Shown: piece after piece, positions 34,059 to 44,547 of the stretch | Layout: each line of letters starts with the position of its first letter | Position numbering within the stretch: position 1 is the stretch's first letter | NCBI GenBank assembly: GCA_963833125.1 | Contig: CAWHWX010000028.1 | Location: 95,501-159,500, forward strand | Length of the DNA: 64,000 bases | Source of the DNA: Candidatus Bathyarchaeota archaeon | GTDB taxonomy: Archaea > Thermoproteota > Bathyarchaeia > 40CM-2-53-6 | Reading direction: 5' to 3' | The notes under the pieces: generated by a model | The model's input: the letters and a program-made list of their open reading frames with translations, nothing else | The model's database searches: none | What the model was told of the DNA's origin: nothing | Made by a program: the position numbers and the translations under genes

Positions 34059-35246
34059 ATGGTGCGACGGGTTTCTGGGCTCGATAGGTTGCTCACGTTC
34101 GTTCACTCTTTTGGTCCTGCCTGGGTGGTTATGATTGCTGACGTGGATGCCGCAAGCATATTGACTGCGGCAGCTGATGGCGCCCTGTATGGGTACTCGC
34201 TTGTCTGGTTTCTACTCCTTTTGATTGTACCTTTGTTCGTGATTCAGGAGGCTGCTGGAAGAATTGGGGTTGCAACTGGTAAGGGGTTGGGTGAGATTAT
34301 CAGAGAGAATTATTCTCGGAGAATTGCGCTGCTGACGAGTGTCCCGATGGCGTGTACAGACATTCTGAGTTATGTTGCTGAGTTTACGGGAATCGCGATT
34401 GGTTTTCAGCTTCTGGGTGTTGCACCAATTCTCTCCTTACCCGTGGTCTACTTGGTTTACCTCGCTATTGTTTGGAAGCGAGGGTATGCGAACGTGGAAA
34501 GGGTCCTGGTCGTCTTTTCTGTTGTGCTCATCGTTTCGTACGCCGGATCCCTATTTCTGAAAGGACTGCCTCCAGTGCGTGAATACATGTACTTCTTCTG
34601 GAGTTGGAAACCTGATTTCCTTTACCTGATGGCGGCGACCGCGGGGGCAGTGGTCATGCCTTTCATGCTCTTCTACGAAGCTTCCGCTTCAGCGGAGAAG
34701 AAGGTTAAGAGCCTATGGAATGTGCGCATTGAGACTTTGATCGGCGCTGTAGCGAGTGAGGTTGGTATGGTGGTATATTGTTGGCCACGATTGGTTTGAA
34801 CGGCGCTTTGATCGAAACGAGTTCACCTAAGCAAGCTTTCGCAGGCGCTCTCTTCTCTTGCCGGATCCTACGCTCCCTATCTTTTTGGCGTAGGTTGATA
34901 GCAGCTTCGTTCTTGGCCCTTGTTGTGGTCTCTCTTGGTAGCGCGTGGGGTGTGGCTGAGACAATAGGTTGGGGTAGGCAGAGTTCTTTTGGATTTATTT
35001 GATTGAATCTCTTCCCGCTCTTTTTGTTCCGATGCTCTTCCCGGACTTATTCCATTGGCAATTGGTATGATGGTTTTGTTCGTGTTTGTTCTCATTGGAC
35101 CCGGCGTAATGGTTGGATTGATCGCGCGGAAGAAACGGATTATGGGGAACTTAACGTCTGGTCTGGGGTGGAGTGCAGCGTACTGGGTGAGCCTAGCGCT
35201 TGTTGTAGCGTCTGGCTTCATTGCTCTTGCAGCCATTTTCATTTAG
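34059..35246 (+). CDS. NRAMP-family divalent metal transporter, non-canonical (NRMT-like; frameshifted)
   Basis: FGPAWVVMIADVDAASI in place of DPGN; TGKGLGEIIRE and GAVVMPF motifs. Confidence 0.8.
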
Positions 35247-35534
35247 GTCAGTAGTCGCTCCATCATTTGATGGGGTGCACATCTGCGAAACTGGCGATTG
35301 TGTATGAGGGACCAACCAAAGACATGATTATCAGATGTAGTAGTGGTTTGGTTTGACATCTTGACTTATCTCTTATCCCGGGTAGCCTCAGTGCCCGGGG
35401 TGTAGGGTAGGGAGTGCTCCTCGCGTAGACACATTTCTCTCTAAAGAGCGTAGCAGAAACCTCGAAAAGGTTAATTCATCAACCTTGAATTCCGCGTGCT
35501 CAGTATGGTGTCATCATATGATGGAGGTGAACAC

Positions 35535-35744
35535 ATGAAGCTAAGTGCTAGGAATGTGTTGAAAGGAAAAGCTCAAGAGCATTAAGCACGGCGCCGTCAA
35601 CTCCGAAGTTGTCATACAACTCGGGGGTGGGCTTGAAATGGTTTCAGTCATAACGAAGACATCAAGTGAGAGCCTAGGACTGAGGAGGGAAAAGAGGTCT
35701 ACGCCATAATCAAAGCAACAAATGTCATACTGGGAGTAGATTAA
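35535..35744 (+). CDS. Mop/TOBE molybdate-binding protein (frameshifted)
   Basis: Manual translation MKLSARNVLKGK..IKHGAVNSEVVI..SVITKTSSESLGL..VYAIIKATNVILGVD*; GGAGGTGA SD upstream. Confidence 0.85.
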
Positions 35745-35759
35745 CTCTCAATTTCATTT

Positions 35760-36164
35760 TATCGTAACAGCACCGTCTTCCCCTATCCTAATCTTAACGA
35801 CAGCGGTTAGATGATGTCCTCTGGATCCTTCCCTTACATTTTGATCGGATCGCTGCTAGGAGTAAGTCCGCATTCATTCTCAGTTTGATTCGTAAAATGT
35901 CGGCCCTAGGATTGTCATGGACACCGCCTCGAAGATACTGGTACCGCTTGGGATTATCAACTCTTTAGATTCTGAAAGTTGTCTCATGGCGACAATAGTA
36001 GCCTTAGCTGCCCTTACGTTTGCGTGAGCGCGGTGTTCCATGATGCTAATGTTCTCACGTGAAGTATGCAGTCTCCTCGCCACTTGAGTCTGAGTCAATC
36101 CTGTTGCCCTGAGTTGGAGGGCCTTCCATTGCCTTGGTGTCAAAATAGTGCCGTAAGGTCTCAA
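35760..36164 (-). CDS. Tfx family DNA-binding protein (C-terminus frameshifted; end approximate)
   Basis: LTPRQW..LR..GLTQTQVARRLHTSRENISIMEHRA and IPSGTSIF patterns. Confidence 0.75.
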
Positions 36165-36296
36165 TGTTCACAACCTCTCCATAACGAGCAGAACGATATT
36201 GTTGAACTTATCAAGATTCACATCCAGCGCAATCGTTCTGACGCTTACCAAGGCTTACATCAATGTGGTGAACGATCAATGCAGAGGTAACGCGAT

Positions 36297-37349
36297 ATGA
36301 GTTTGATGGCAAAATATGGTGGGCTTATTCTCATTCTAGTGTTAGTTGTGGGGTTGGGAGTCGGATTCGCGATCGGATATTTCCAAGGGCTCAACTCGGT
36401 TTCTACATCTTCCACTCTACTGGTTGACGCCACGGATTACCCTTCAGGTGCCTTTACAACGCGATTGCTAACAACCTGGTTCGCCCGCAGTACCCCACAC
36501 TTAGTTACAATTACCTCTTCGAGGGGAGCAGTTTGGCTGCCAATGAGATTACTCAGGCGAACAAATCGTTCGATATCTTCGCTTCGGCTGACTACCGCAT
36601 AATCCCCAAACAACTAATTCCAAATCACGCTTCATGGTACATCGTGTTCGCTTCAAACTCGATGGCGATAATCTACACAAACCAAAGCCGATACGCGAGT
36701 CAGATCAATCAAAACAACTGGTATCAGATCATAACTCGCCCAGGAGTTATCGTTGGTGTTTCGAACAAAGATACTGATCCGAGCGGTTACAACGCAATTT
36801 TCATGCTACAACTAGCCGGACTTCAATACTATCAAAACTCCAGTTACCTCTACGATCAAATCTACCACACAAAGAATGCGGCGAAGAAGCTGGTGATAGT
36901 TCCAACGGAAACTTACCTTGACGCACAGTTAGAGACAGGAGCCGTCGATTACGTCTTATCGTACTCCTCGGAAGCGATTTCACATAAACTCCAATACATC
37001 AATCCGGGGCCTCAAGTTAACCTCTCAAACCTCACTCTAACAAACTCGTACGCGAAAGTTAAACGCGACCGTCAATGGCAAACAGGTAACCGGGGCGCCA
37101 ATCCTCTACGACGTGACGATCCCGTCTAACAGCCCAGACCAGAACATGGCCATAGCCTTCCTCAAAGCTCTACTGAGTCCTATGGGACAACAGATCCTTC
37201 GCACCAGTGGACTAAGCCCGCTGAATCCACTCTACATTTACAATCAGCAGGCGGTCCCGACATCTGTAATTGACGCGATTAATCAAAACGGCTTATCGAT
37301 CCAAGCGATTGATGAAAACGGCGAATCAACCCAACAAACTACGACATAG
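36297..37349 (+). CDS. Tungstate/molybdate ABC substrate-binding protein, WtpA/ModA-like (frameshifted)
   Basis: N-terminal TM, DIFASADY, DPSGY, YSSEA and TIP..SP...AIAFL motifs. Confidence 0.85.
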
Positions 37350-37404
37350 TAACCGTTCTTTGCGACAAGGGAGTCTCGGCGGGACAGGTGGACGATTGGG
37401 AACC

Positions 37405-38708
37405 TTAGGTACCAGGTAGTAACGTCGCAGGGTAAACTTCCTGTTGAGTCTTCAACCGTGTCTGCATTTCACGCAACTTTCTCAGCAGAAAGAGTTTGAA
37501 CTCAGGATCCTCCATTAGTTTGTTCATGTCTGCATCACTTTCCCTCCGTGCATCTTCCACTTCCATTGCCGCCTCAATCTTCAAGACCATCCCGCATTTT
37601 GCGCAGAACCTTGTGGTTGGCATATTCTTCTCGCGGCATCGCGGACAGAGGATAACCTCAAGCTTGGGAGCCTTCTTGGCATCCTCCTTTTTGAGTCCAT
37701 GAAGCGCTAGAATCGCATCCTCAGTTTCCGTCCGGACAAGTGGACATAAATCTTAGGCATCTTGGAGCCGGGGGTCAAGCCCAAGTATTGTTCCATCTGT
37801 CTTTCCGTTAGAGAGCTGGCCAGGAGAGATGCAGCGGCATGTCTGAAGCTTTGAGGGTTTACTCGTTTCTTGATTCCTGCCCTATCTGCCAATCGACGCA
37901 GAAGGAATCTGGCGGAGTCATAGAGTAGGGCCTCTCCATGGTGCTTGTCACCTATCACAAGCCACATCGGGGCCTCAGGATCATCGTGCATGGGATGATC
38001 GCTGAACCATGCTGACAGGGCGGGAGCGCTCGCAACTATCCTAACTCGTCTGTCCCCTGTCTTTCCACTGAACATCAACAAGGCTCCGTATTGGTCGAAT
38101 TGAACATGCTTCCTTCTGAGATTGAGTAGTTCCGCTATGCGCCCCCCGGTCTCAGCCACGCAGAGGGTGAATGCGCGGTCGCGCGAATTCTCGCAAACAT
38201 CCACAAGCGCCTCTATGTCCGCTGGCGTTAGGAGCTCTTCGGGAAGAATTCGCTTGCTAGCCCCTCCTATCTTGATCCATTCAGTTTCAGGTGGGTCTTC
38301 GCCTTTCGGTAGACCTCGCAGCCAGCGGTAGAACCGTTTCAGGGCCATTCGGCAGTCTGCCTTGGTCCAGTCAGCATACTTGGACTGGTTGACTTCCGCA
38401 ACCAATCGCTTAACGTCGGTCACCGTGGCTTTGTTGAAGTCCTTCTTGAGTAGCTTCGCAAGTTTCGGTAAGAGATAGAGGTATTTGATTTGACGAATAA
38501 GCGTTATGCCCTCGGCCTGGAGATCCCACACAAACCGGATGATCTTCTTTCGGTTGTAATCGGAGAGGTCCTTGTCTTTCTTCACGGCCTCGAGGGCGCG
38601 AGCGTATCTTTCTTTGCGCCGTGGACGTCGATTCGTTCTCTCAATCCGATATGGCACTTCTTTCGCGTTCAATTCCGGCCCGTTCGGGCCTACCATAAAA
38701 ATAGTCAC
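37405..38708 (-). CDS. Tyrosine integrase, SNJ2-like with C-terminal Zn ribbon (1-nt frameshift near 37720)
   Basis: ETGGRIAE, GKTG, SFRH and YVHLSG motifs; a shifted frame continues to CPRCREKN..TRFCAKCG; starts about 19 bp downstream of tRNA-Cys. Confidence 0.9.
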
Positions 38709-38726
38709 GGCTCCGAGTTACTATTT

Positions 38727-38872
38727 TGGAGCCGGGGATGGGATTCGAACCCACCTCAGCGATCGTAGGCTTCTATACTGCGGGTCGCGGCAAGCGTATC
38801 CTACTGCAGCCCGCCGCCTGAACCGTTCGGCATTCAGTGACCCTAGGACGGAATCCGAAGGTCAACCCCGGC
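38727..38872 (-). tRNA. tRNA-Cys(GCA) with multiple (probably 3) introns and encoded CCA
   Basis: GCCGGGG/CCCCGGC acceptor, GCCGAACGGTTCAGGC D arm, GCGGG-CT-GCA-G..A-CCCGC anticodon arm, GTGGG-TTCGAAT-CCCAT T arm, U discriminator; about 70 nt of inserted sequence. Confidence 0.85.
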
Positions 38873-38923
38873 GTTCGCCCCGGCGAGCGAACCGTTGCCG
38901 CTGTAGCTCTAATAAACCTGCAC

Positions 38924-39259
38924 ATGAACGATCCTAGTAATTGTGAGGTTGCTCAGGTGGAGACAGAGGATCAAAGGGGGAGTTTGTTCTTCAAGCTCTG
39001 TTCCGACCACCTTTCCATAGAAGCGATACCAAGGAAAGCGATCCGAGTCGACATTGCTGAATTGAAGCATCGAGCGATATCAGGACTCGAACTTATGCTC
39101 TGGACGCCGCACTTGGTCGTTCTGAGAAACAACGAGGGGCAGGAGATAACTCTTAGAAAGGACGGGAGAATGATAATCAGAAAAGCGGAATCGGAACTTA
39201 TTGCAAAGCGTGCCGCCGCCCAAGTTATGGACGCAGTTTGCTTGATTTCTGAGAATTAG
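38924..39259 (+). CDS. Hypothetical protein resembling the C-terminal domain of the nearby MoeB/ThiF
   Basis: TPHLVVL..EITLRKDGRMIIR vs TPMVIVF..EVSLFRKGRMLIK. Confidence 0.6.
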   Translation: MNDPSNCEVAQVETEDQRGSLFFKLCSDHLSIEAIPRKAIRVDIAELKHRAISGLELMLWTPHLVVLRNNEGQEITLRKDGRMIIRKAESELIAKRAAAQVMDAVCLISEN

Positions 39260-39954
39260 AGCCGAACGTTGAGGATTCGCGCTTCCTCTAAATCCCTCTT
39301 CACCATGGCTTCGACATCTAGAGCCGTTTCAACCTCTGTTAGCCGATCCCGCCTTGCCGACGTACTCGGGTTATCTGTGGGTACACCACAGGTTGCGACT
39401 CCGGGCCGAATTGAAATCTGGTAGGTTCCAATCTTCTTCGCATATTGTTCAATCTTCAACTTGTTCATTCCAACGAGCGGCCTTAACACTGGCACTCGGG
39501 TCAGCACGCTGTCTGCCGCCACTATGTTCTGAAGTGTCTGGCTGGCCTTCTGGCCGAGAGCATCCCCAGTCACAATTGCTTGGCATCCCTGTCGGGAAGC
39601 AATTTCTTCAGCAACTCGGAACATAATTCGCCTTGAGAGTATGCAGGCATATTTCGTCGGGCAATTTGACAAAATGGCTTGTAGGTCTGGCGAATGCGCC
39701 ACGACATAAATTCGGACGTCTTCCAATCCGACTACGCGGCATACCGTTCTTATGGCGTCTAGGGCAATGCTTTCGGCTGCTTGGTCGCAAAGCGGATAGT
39801 TGTCGAAATAAGCGAACACTGGCTCCACGCCCTTCCGCATCAGCAGCCAGGCTGCGACCGGAGAGTCTATCCCTCCGGAGACGAGAAAAAGAGCCTTTCC
39901 AGCGAGTCGGGGTTGGGGTTGCTCGTTAGGGTTGCTAGTGGTTTGAAGGGCCAT
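39256..39954 (-). CDS. ThiI-like PP-loop sulfurtransferase catalytic domain (no THUMP domain)
   Basis: LVSGGIDSPVA, TGDALGQKASQTL, LRPLVG and AKKIGTY motifs. Confidence 0.85.
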   Translation of the reverse strand: MALQTTSNPNEQPQPRLAGKALFLVSGGIDSPVAAWLLMRKGVEPVFAYFDNYPLCDQAAESIALDAIRTVCRVVGLEDVRIYVVAHSPDLQAILSNCPTKYACILSRRIMFRVAEEIASRQGCQAIVTGDALGQKASQTLQNIVAADSVLTRVPVLRPLVGMNKLKIEQYAKKIGTYQISIRPGVATCGVPTDNPSTSARRDRLTEVETALDVEAMVKRDLEEARILNVRL

Positions 39955-39961
39955 GTCGAAT

Positions 39962-40996
39962 TCAGCTGTTAGTAACTATGTCGAAGATTCTGTGTGAGAT
40001 TTCGAGTGCTTCTGTCTCGTCTTTTACGTTCTTGATGAGCATTCTGCCTTTCCTAAATAGGCTTACTTCATGCCCGGTGTAATCGAACACTATCACCATT
40101 GGAGTGGTCAATAGGAGTGTGTGTTTTCGGCCGATCGAAGCCGCAATCTTCGGCAAGTCTAATGACTGTGGTGATTCTGGGTTTACGTTCGCTGTGTTTG
40201 AGCCGCATAGCCAAGCCAGTTTTGATGGGTACGCGGCCACGCTTGGCGTTTTGACTTGGCAGACATTGCAGTCTTTCCTTATTGCCACTGGGATCGTTCG
40301 AAATTCTGATTGTGCAAAATCGAAGACCATTAACTTGCCTTTCGATTGTGGTTCAATTCCGGCGAGGACTTTTATCGCTTCCATGGCTTGAATCGCGCCA
40401 ATTATTCCCGTTGTCGCACCCAAGACTCCTCTCGTGTCACAAGTTGGTAGGTCTGTGTCGACAAGGTCCGGGAGGATGCATTCTAGGCACGGGGTTTCGG
40501 GAACTTTCAACGTGGCCACGTTCCCTTCCATACCAATCGCGCCACCGAAAATTAGCGGAATCTGCTTCTCAGCACAGAACCTGTTTATCGCATACCGAGT
40601 CGCCATATTGTCCAATCCGTCGACGACGCAATCCGCGCCTGTGAGCGCAGACGAAACGTTTTCTGCGCCGATATTCTCTGGGATTGGATTGACTTTTACT
40701 TCTGGATTGATTTGATGGATCCTGCGAGCCGCAGCCTCGACCTTTGGATATCTGAGGTCCGACATCGAGTAGAGAACCTGTCTGTGAAGATTATTCACCT
40801 CCACCGTGTCCTGGTCCACGAGGATTAGTTTCCCAACTCCCGCGAGCGCAAGGTAAAGGGCAGACACGCTTCCCAAACCACCCAAACCAATAACCGCTAC
40901 CTCCGCGACCCTCAATTTTTCTTGCCCGCGAGTGCCTAGCTCGGAGAGTATTGTTTGACGGCTGTAGAACTTGGATGCATCAAATGTGGCCGACAT
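39962..40996 (-). CDS. MoeB/ThiF (E1-like) adenylyltransferase with C-terminal extension
   Basis: YSRQ, GLGGLG, DQDTVEVNNLHRQ, DGLDN, CLEC and TCDTRGVLG motifs. Confidence 0.92.
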   Translation of the reverse strand: MSATFDASKFYSRQTILSELGTRGQEKLRVAEVAVIGLGGLGSVSALYLALAGVGKLILVDQDTVEVNNLHRQVLYSMSDLRYPKVEAAARRIHQINPEVKVNPIPENIGAENVSSALTGADCVVDGLDNMATRYAINRFCAEKQIPLIFGGAIGMEGNVATLKVPETPCLECILPDLVDTDLPTCDTRGVLGATTGIIGAIQAMEAIKVLAGIEPQSKGKLMVFDFAQSEFRTIPVAIRKDCNVCQVKTPSVAAYPSKLAWLCGSNTANVNPESPQSLDLPKIAASIGRKHTLLLTTPMVIVFDYTGHEVSLFRKGRMLIKNVKDETEALEISHRIFDIVTNS

Positions 40997-41029
40997 AGGT
41001 GTTCGAGTCTAGAATATGTGAGGCAGGCT

Positions 41030-42253
41030 TTCAGGGTATGGGAAACGGGTTATGAATAGAACGGTAGGTCGAATTTGGCTACACGATATTTCAGGAATTG
41101 CCACGCCAACTTCGTCGGCACATCCCTGTAGCGCATGGTTCCCTCCATTAAACCAATCATGCATTCCTTCATTTTCTTCTCCGAGAAGAAGAATCGCGCA
41201 ACACGATCCATGTCATACTGCTCTAGGTAGCTGGAGGAAGCTACTTGGTACGCGACGTTGAAGTCTCTTCCAAATTCCCTGTGGCAACGTCATGCGTAAC
41301 GCTCGAGAAATTCAGAATCAAACCTATCTGCTCGGCATGCCTCCTGGGCAACGTCGGCGGCTATCTGTCCACCCAAGATAGCGAAGTAGATACCCTCACC
41401 CAGTAACGGTTCCACAAAGCCTGCAGAGTCACCTGCGAGTAGCACTCTGTCTCCTGCAAGGTGGACATGAGCGATGCCACCGAGTGGGATTAAGTGTGCT
41501 TTTGGTTTAGGTATTTCTCGCCCTTGCAGTTCGGGAATTCCTTTCACGAAGTTGTGGAAGAGTTCTTGCGCGTCTCGAAGCTCGCTTAATCTGCACCCGA
41601 CTCCGACGGTTAAGTGGTCGTCTTTGGGAAATATCCAGCCGTAACCTGCTTGTGATACGCCAAAGTAAATATCGAAATATTCTTGGTCTCCGATCAAGTC
41701 GAGAACTGCTTGCTCTCCGACCTTGACTTCAGCTTCAATTGCATAAGAAACCTGATACGAGTCCCAACTCTGATACAAGTGGGTGCTCCTTGCTGTTGGG
41801 CCGCCCATCCCGTCAGCGCCGATCACCATCTTTCCCTGGAATCGCTCATTCGGGGTTCCTACCTCGTTGTAGTCTGAGTGTACTTTGACGCTTCGAACGG
41901 GGGTTCCATCTTTTACCTCCGCCCCTGCCTCAGCTGCTTTTTCGTATAGAAGATTGTCAAACTTCGTACGCGAAGTCATGTAGACGAGCGGACGTGAAGT
42001 TTGCAGTTTGAAGCAGTTTTGACCAACATGGATTCTGGTTGATTTAGGCGCACATTCGATAATATTGTTGGGGAGTTGAAAATCCAACAGTCCCAAGACT
42101 TTCGGTGTGACTCCGCCACCGCAAAGTTTGTCCCGTGGCATTTTCTCCTTCTCGAGCAGAAGTGTACTCAACCCAAGCTGGGCTGCCCTTCGGGCGGCGG
42201 ACGAACCAGCTGGACCCGCACCAACAACAATCAGGTCGTACGTCTAGATCTCA
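41030..42253 (-). CDS. Geranylgeranyl reductase family flavoprotein (frameshifts at both ends; limits approximate)
   Basis: YDLIVVGAGPAG upstream of the listed ORF; PRDKLCGGG, GADG, GYGWIFP and AGDSAGFVEPLLGEGI motifs. Confidence 0.85.
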
Positions 42254-42330
42254 ACTACCAAATTCTAGGATTGTGTCCGTCAGTCGAATTTACAAACGTA
42301 ATACAATGAACGCTTCGCCGCGCTCTACTA

Positions 42331-43323
42331 TTAGGGGAACTTAACGCCGAGTGAGCCGTGCGGGCATGCGTCGATGCACTCCATGCACATGATGCATTCG
42401 GGGTCGTTGAACTTCTCCCAGGGCAAATCGAGTATGTTGATCTGCATGGGGCATTTGACCTCGCAATGTGGGCACTTAGTACATTTTACGGGATCTCGTT
42501 TGATGCCTGTGAAGCTATATTTCTGAAACACCGCCATCAGCGCTCCAGTTGGGCAAACATATCGACACCAAAACCGTGGAACCCTCCACGCCGCGCCGAA
42601 GAAACCAACCAGAATCAATATTCTCAGTGCGAGCAGAGGGGGAGTGGTAAGCAGATCGCCCCAGACTTCTTGGATTGTTGGCGGTTTGGTTAGGAACGAG
42701 GCGAGGTTTTGGCCCGCCATTCCTATCAGAGTGGGGATCGTGCCGAACAAGGTTCCGTCGGGGGAAATTGCAATGAATGGCCCAGAAGCAAGGACTCCCA
42801 ACGCCGCCTTGTAAGCCGAACCATGACCCAGCGCGAGGGCCAAAGCTAAAGTTCCACTAATCAGTAGCGTTCCGAACAGCAGGAGATACTTGATCCTCGT
42901 TGAACTCTTGTGCGTTCTAGGCGAAACGAAATCCAACTTGCCCTTGAGGGTTGTAATGATGTCTTGAATGAACCCGATGGGGCATATCCATCCGCAAAAC
43001 GCACGACCCACTACTGCTCCGATCAGTAGCACCGTGCCAAGGACAATCCAGGGAAATTCGGGTTGGGATAGTTCTAGCTGGATCAAATCAAACGAACTAT
43101 AGACCGTGGAGAAATGCGAATTCACGCTAACGAGGATGGGAAGCCCAAACGGAATGGGCTGTACCTTAAGGTTTGGGAAGATAGTGGTCAAGAAGAGTGC
43201 GTTTACCACGACCAGGGCGACTAGCTGTACGATCATTCTTGGTAGAGTCCACTTGAACTTGAACCGTCTTAGATCCTCCTCCGTTTTCGCGGGGGGTTGA
43301 GTTGCTGGTTGTGTCTCTGCCAA
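42331..43323 (-). CDS. Membrane 4Fe-4S binding protein (NapH/MauN-like)
   Basis: GRAFCGWICP, RFWCRYVCP and two CxxCxxCxxxCP motifs. Confidence 0.88.
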   Translation of the reverse strand: MAETQPATQPPAKTEEDLRRFKFKWTLPRMIVQLVALVVVNALFLTTIFPNLKVQPIPFGLPILVSVNSHFSTVYSSFDLIQLELSQPEFPWIVLGTVLLIGAVVGRAFCGWICPIGFIQDIITTLKGKLDFVSPRTHKSSTRIKYLLLFGTLLISGTLALALALGHGSAYKAALGVLASGPFIAISPDGTLFGTIPTLIGMAGQNLASFLTKPPTIQEVWGDLLTTPPLLALRILILVGFFGAAWRVPRFWCRYVCPTGALMAVFQKYSFTGIKRDPVKCTKCPHCEVKCPMQINILDLPWEKFNDPECIMCMECIDACPHGSLGVKFP

Positions 43324-43661
43324 TTCCGATCTCTCACGGGCTTAGAATCACGTATGTATGAAGTATGTCGGCGATAGTTTTGAATTCATTTAGGTAGAGA
43401 CCAATCATCACAGCAGTCAAACCGACAAGTATTGTGAAAGCGGCTGCTGTACGTTTCAAAGAGTCACTTCTCGTACCTTTCTCAGGATTTTCGGTAGCGT
43501 TGAACCCAGCTCGTAATTATACCTTTGCTCCGAGCACTCGCCGTTTCTTGATGGGTTGGGCGCCAACCTAAGGATTTAGTGAAGACACGTATCATGGAAG
43601 GACGTGAGCATAGTTTCTGTCGTGACAACCCCGCAGACTGACAACGGTCCGGTATTGGTCC

Positions 43662-43689
43662 GTGTGTGAGTCTAATGGTGCGCACACAC
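43662..43689 (+). repeat. 28-bp quasi-palindromic repeat, copy A
   Basis: GTGTGTG-AGTCTAATGGTGCG-CACACAC. Confidence 0.85.
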
Positions 43690-43728
43690 ACACGAAAACG
43701 AGTTCAATTTCTTGAGGCGAATACTGGA

Positions 43729-44214
43729 TTATTGTTGCTCGTAAGCCTGCTTCAGAGTCTTTATCTCGATTTTGTCCATTTTGAGCATCGCGTTCATGAC
43801 TCTTTCTGATTTCTCAGCATCTTTGTCTTGTAACATTTCGCCCAAAACGGTGGGAACGATCTGCCATGATAGACCATATTTGTCTTTTAGCCAGCCGCAT
43901 CTTCCTTCCTCTCCACCCTCGGAAAGCTTCTCCCACAACTCATCCACTTCCTCCTGTGTCTCACAGTTCACTAAGAACGATATGGCTTCTGAGAATTTGA
44001 ACTGTGGGCCACCGTTTAATGCCATTAGTTCTTGTCCATCGAGCGAGAATGTAACGATCATTGCCGTTCCCTTTGGTCTTCCGGAGACCTTTGAGCCTTC
44101 TTCTCCATAGCGGGTAACGGTTCCAATTTTCGAATTTTTGAAAATCGACACGTAAAAATTGACAGCCTCTTCGGCTTTATCATCGAACCACAAGAACGGC
44201 GTGATTTTTTGCAT
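43729..44214 (-). CDS. VOC/PhnB family protein (3-demethylubiquinone-9 3-methyltransferase-like domain)
   Basis: [21 protein letters not shown] and [14 protein letters not shown] motifs. Confidence 0.92.
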   Translation of the reverse strand: MQKITPFLWFDDKAEEAVNFYVSIFKNSKIGTVTRYGEEGSKVSGRPKGTAMIVTFSLDGQELMALNGGPQFKFSEAISFLVNCETQEEVDELWEKLSEGGEEGRCGWLKDKYGLSWQIVPTVLGEMLQDKDAEKSERVMNAMLKMDKIEIKTLKQAYEQQ

Positions 44215-44303
44215 ACGCCCATCCAGAGAGCCATTGAATCGAGTCTTAATTAAATTTCCACAGTTTCTGGTAATACCTTGTCCCAGATAGACCGGGTAAT
44301 CGC

Positions 44304-44399
44304 GCTTGTGGGTGGTTGGCGTGCGCACACACACGAAAACGAAAGACGATGGTCCGCTCTTACCGCTCCTGGAACGGCCGCACCAGGAGATCCACACAC
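44304..44399. repeat. Inverted doublet of the 28-bp repeat (copy B on +, copy B' on -)
   Basis: B: GCTTGTG-GGTGGTTGGCGTGCG-CACACAC (44304-44332, one extra base). B' reverse complement: GTGTGTG-GATCTCCTGGTGCG-GCCGTTC (44372-44399). Confidence 0.75.
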
Positions 44400-44547
44400 G
44401 CAATTACATGAACCAACAACGGATCGAGTTCAATTTGCTCCGCTCGCCTACATCGAAGAATGCAAGGTGTGTCACAGCACGGAAGAACAGGCTAGTGAAA
44501 ATAAAGGGGACAAGTCCAACCTCGCGGAAATTGTAGGCGGACTTTCT

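Larger units (their letters stand above)
23216..38743. mobile_element. Tandem genomic islands integrated at the tRNA-Cys 3' end (23216-~32930 sugar catabolism; ~32930-38743 metal uptake plus integrase)
   Basis: Three att-like copies (23216, 32931, 38726); integrase immediately downstream of the tRNA. Confidence 0.8.

Noticed and set aside
37354-37366. CGTTCTTTGCGAC recurring after genes (also near 60811)
   Set aside because: Only 13 bp and two exact copies; too short to support a call without a genome-wide count.
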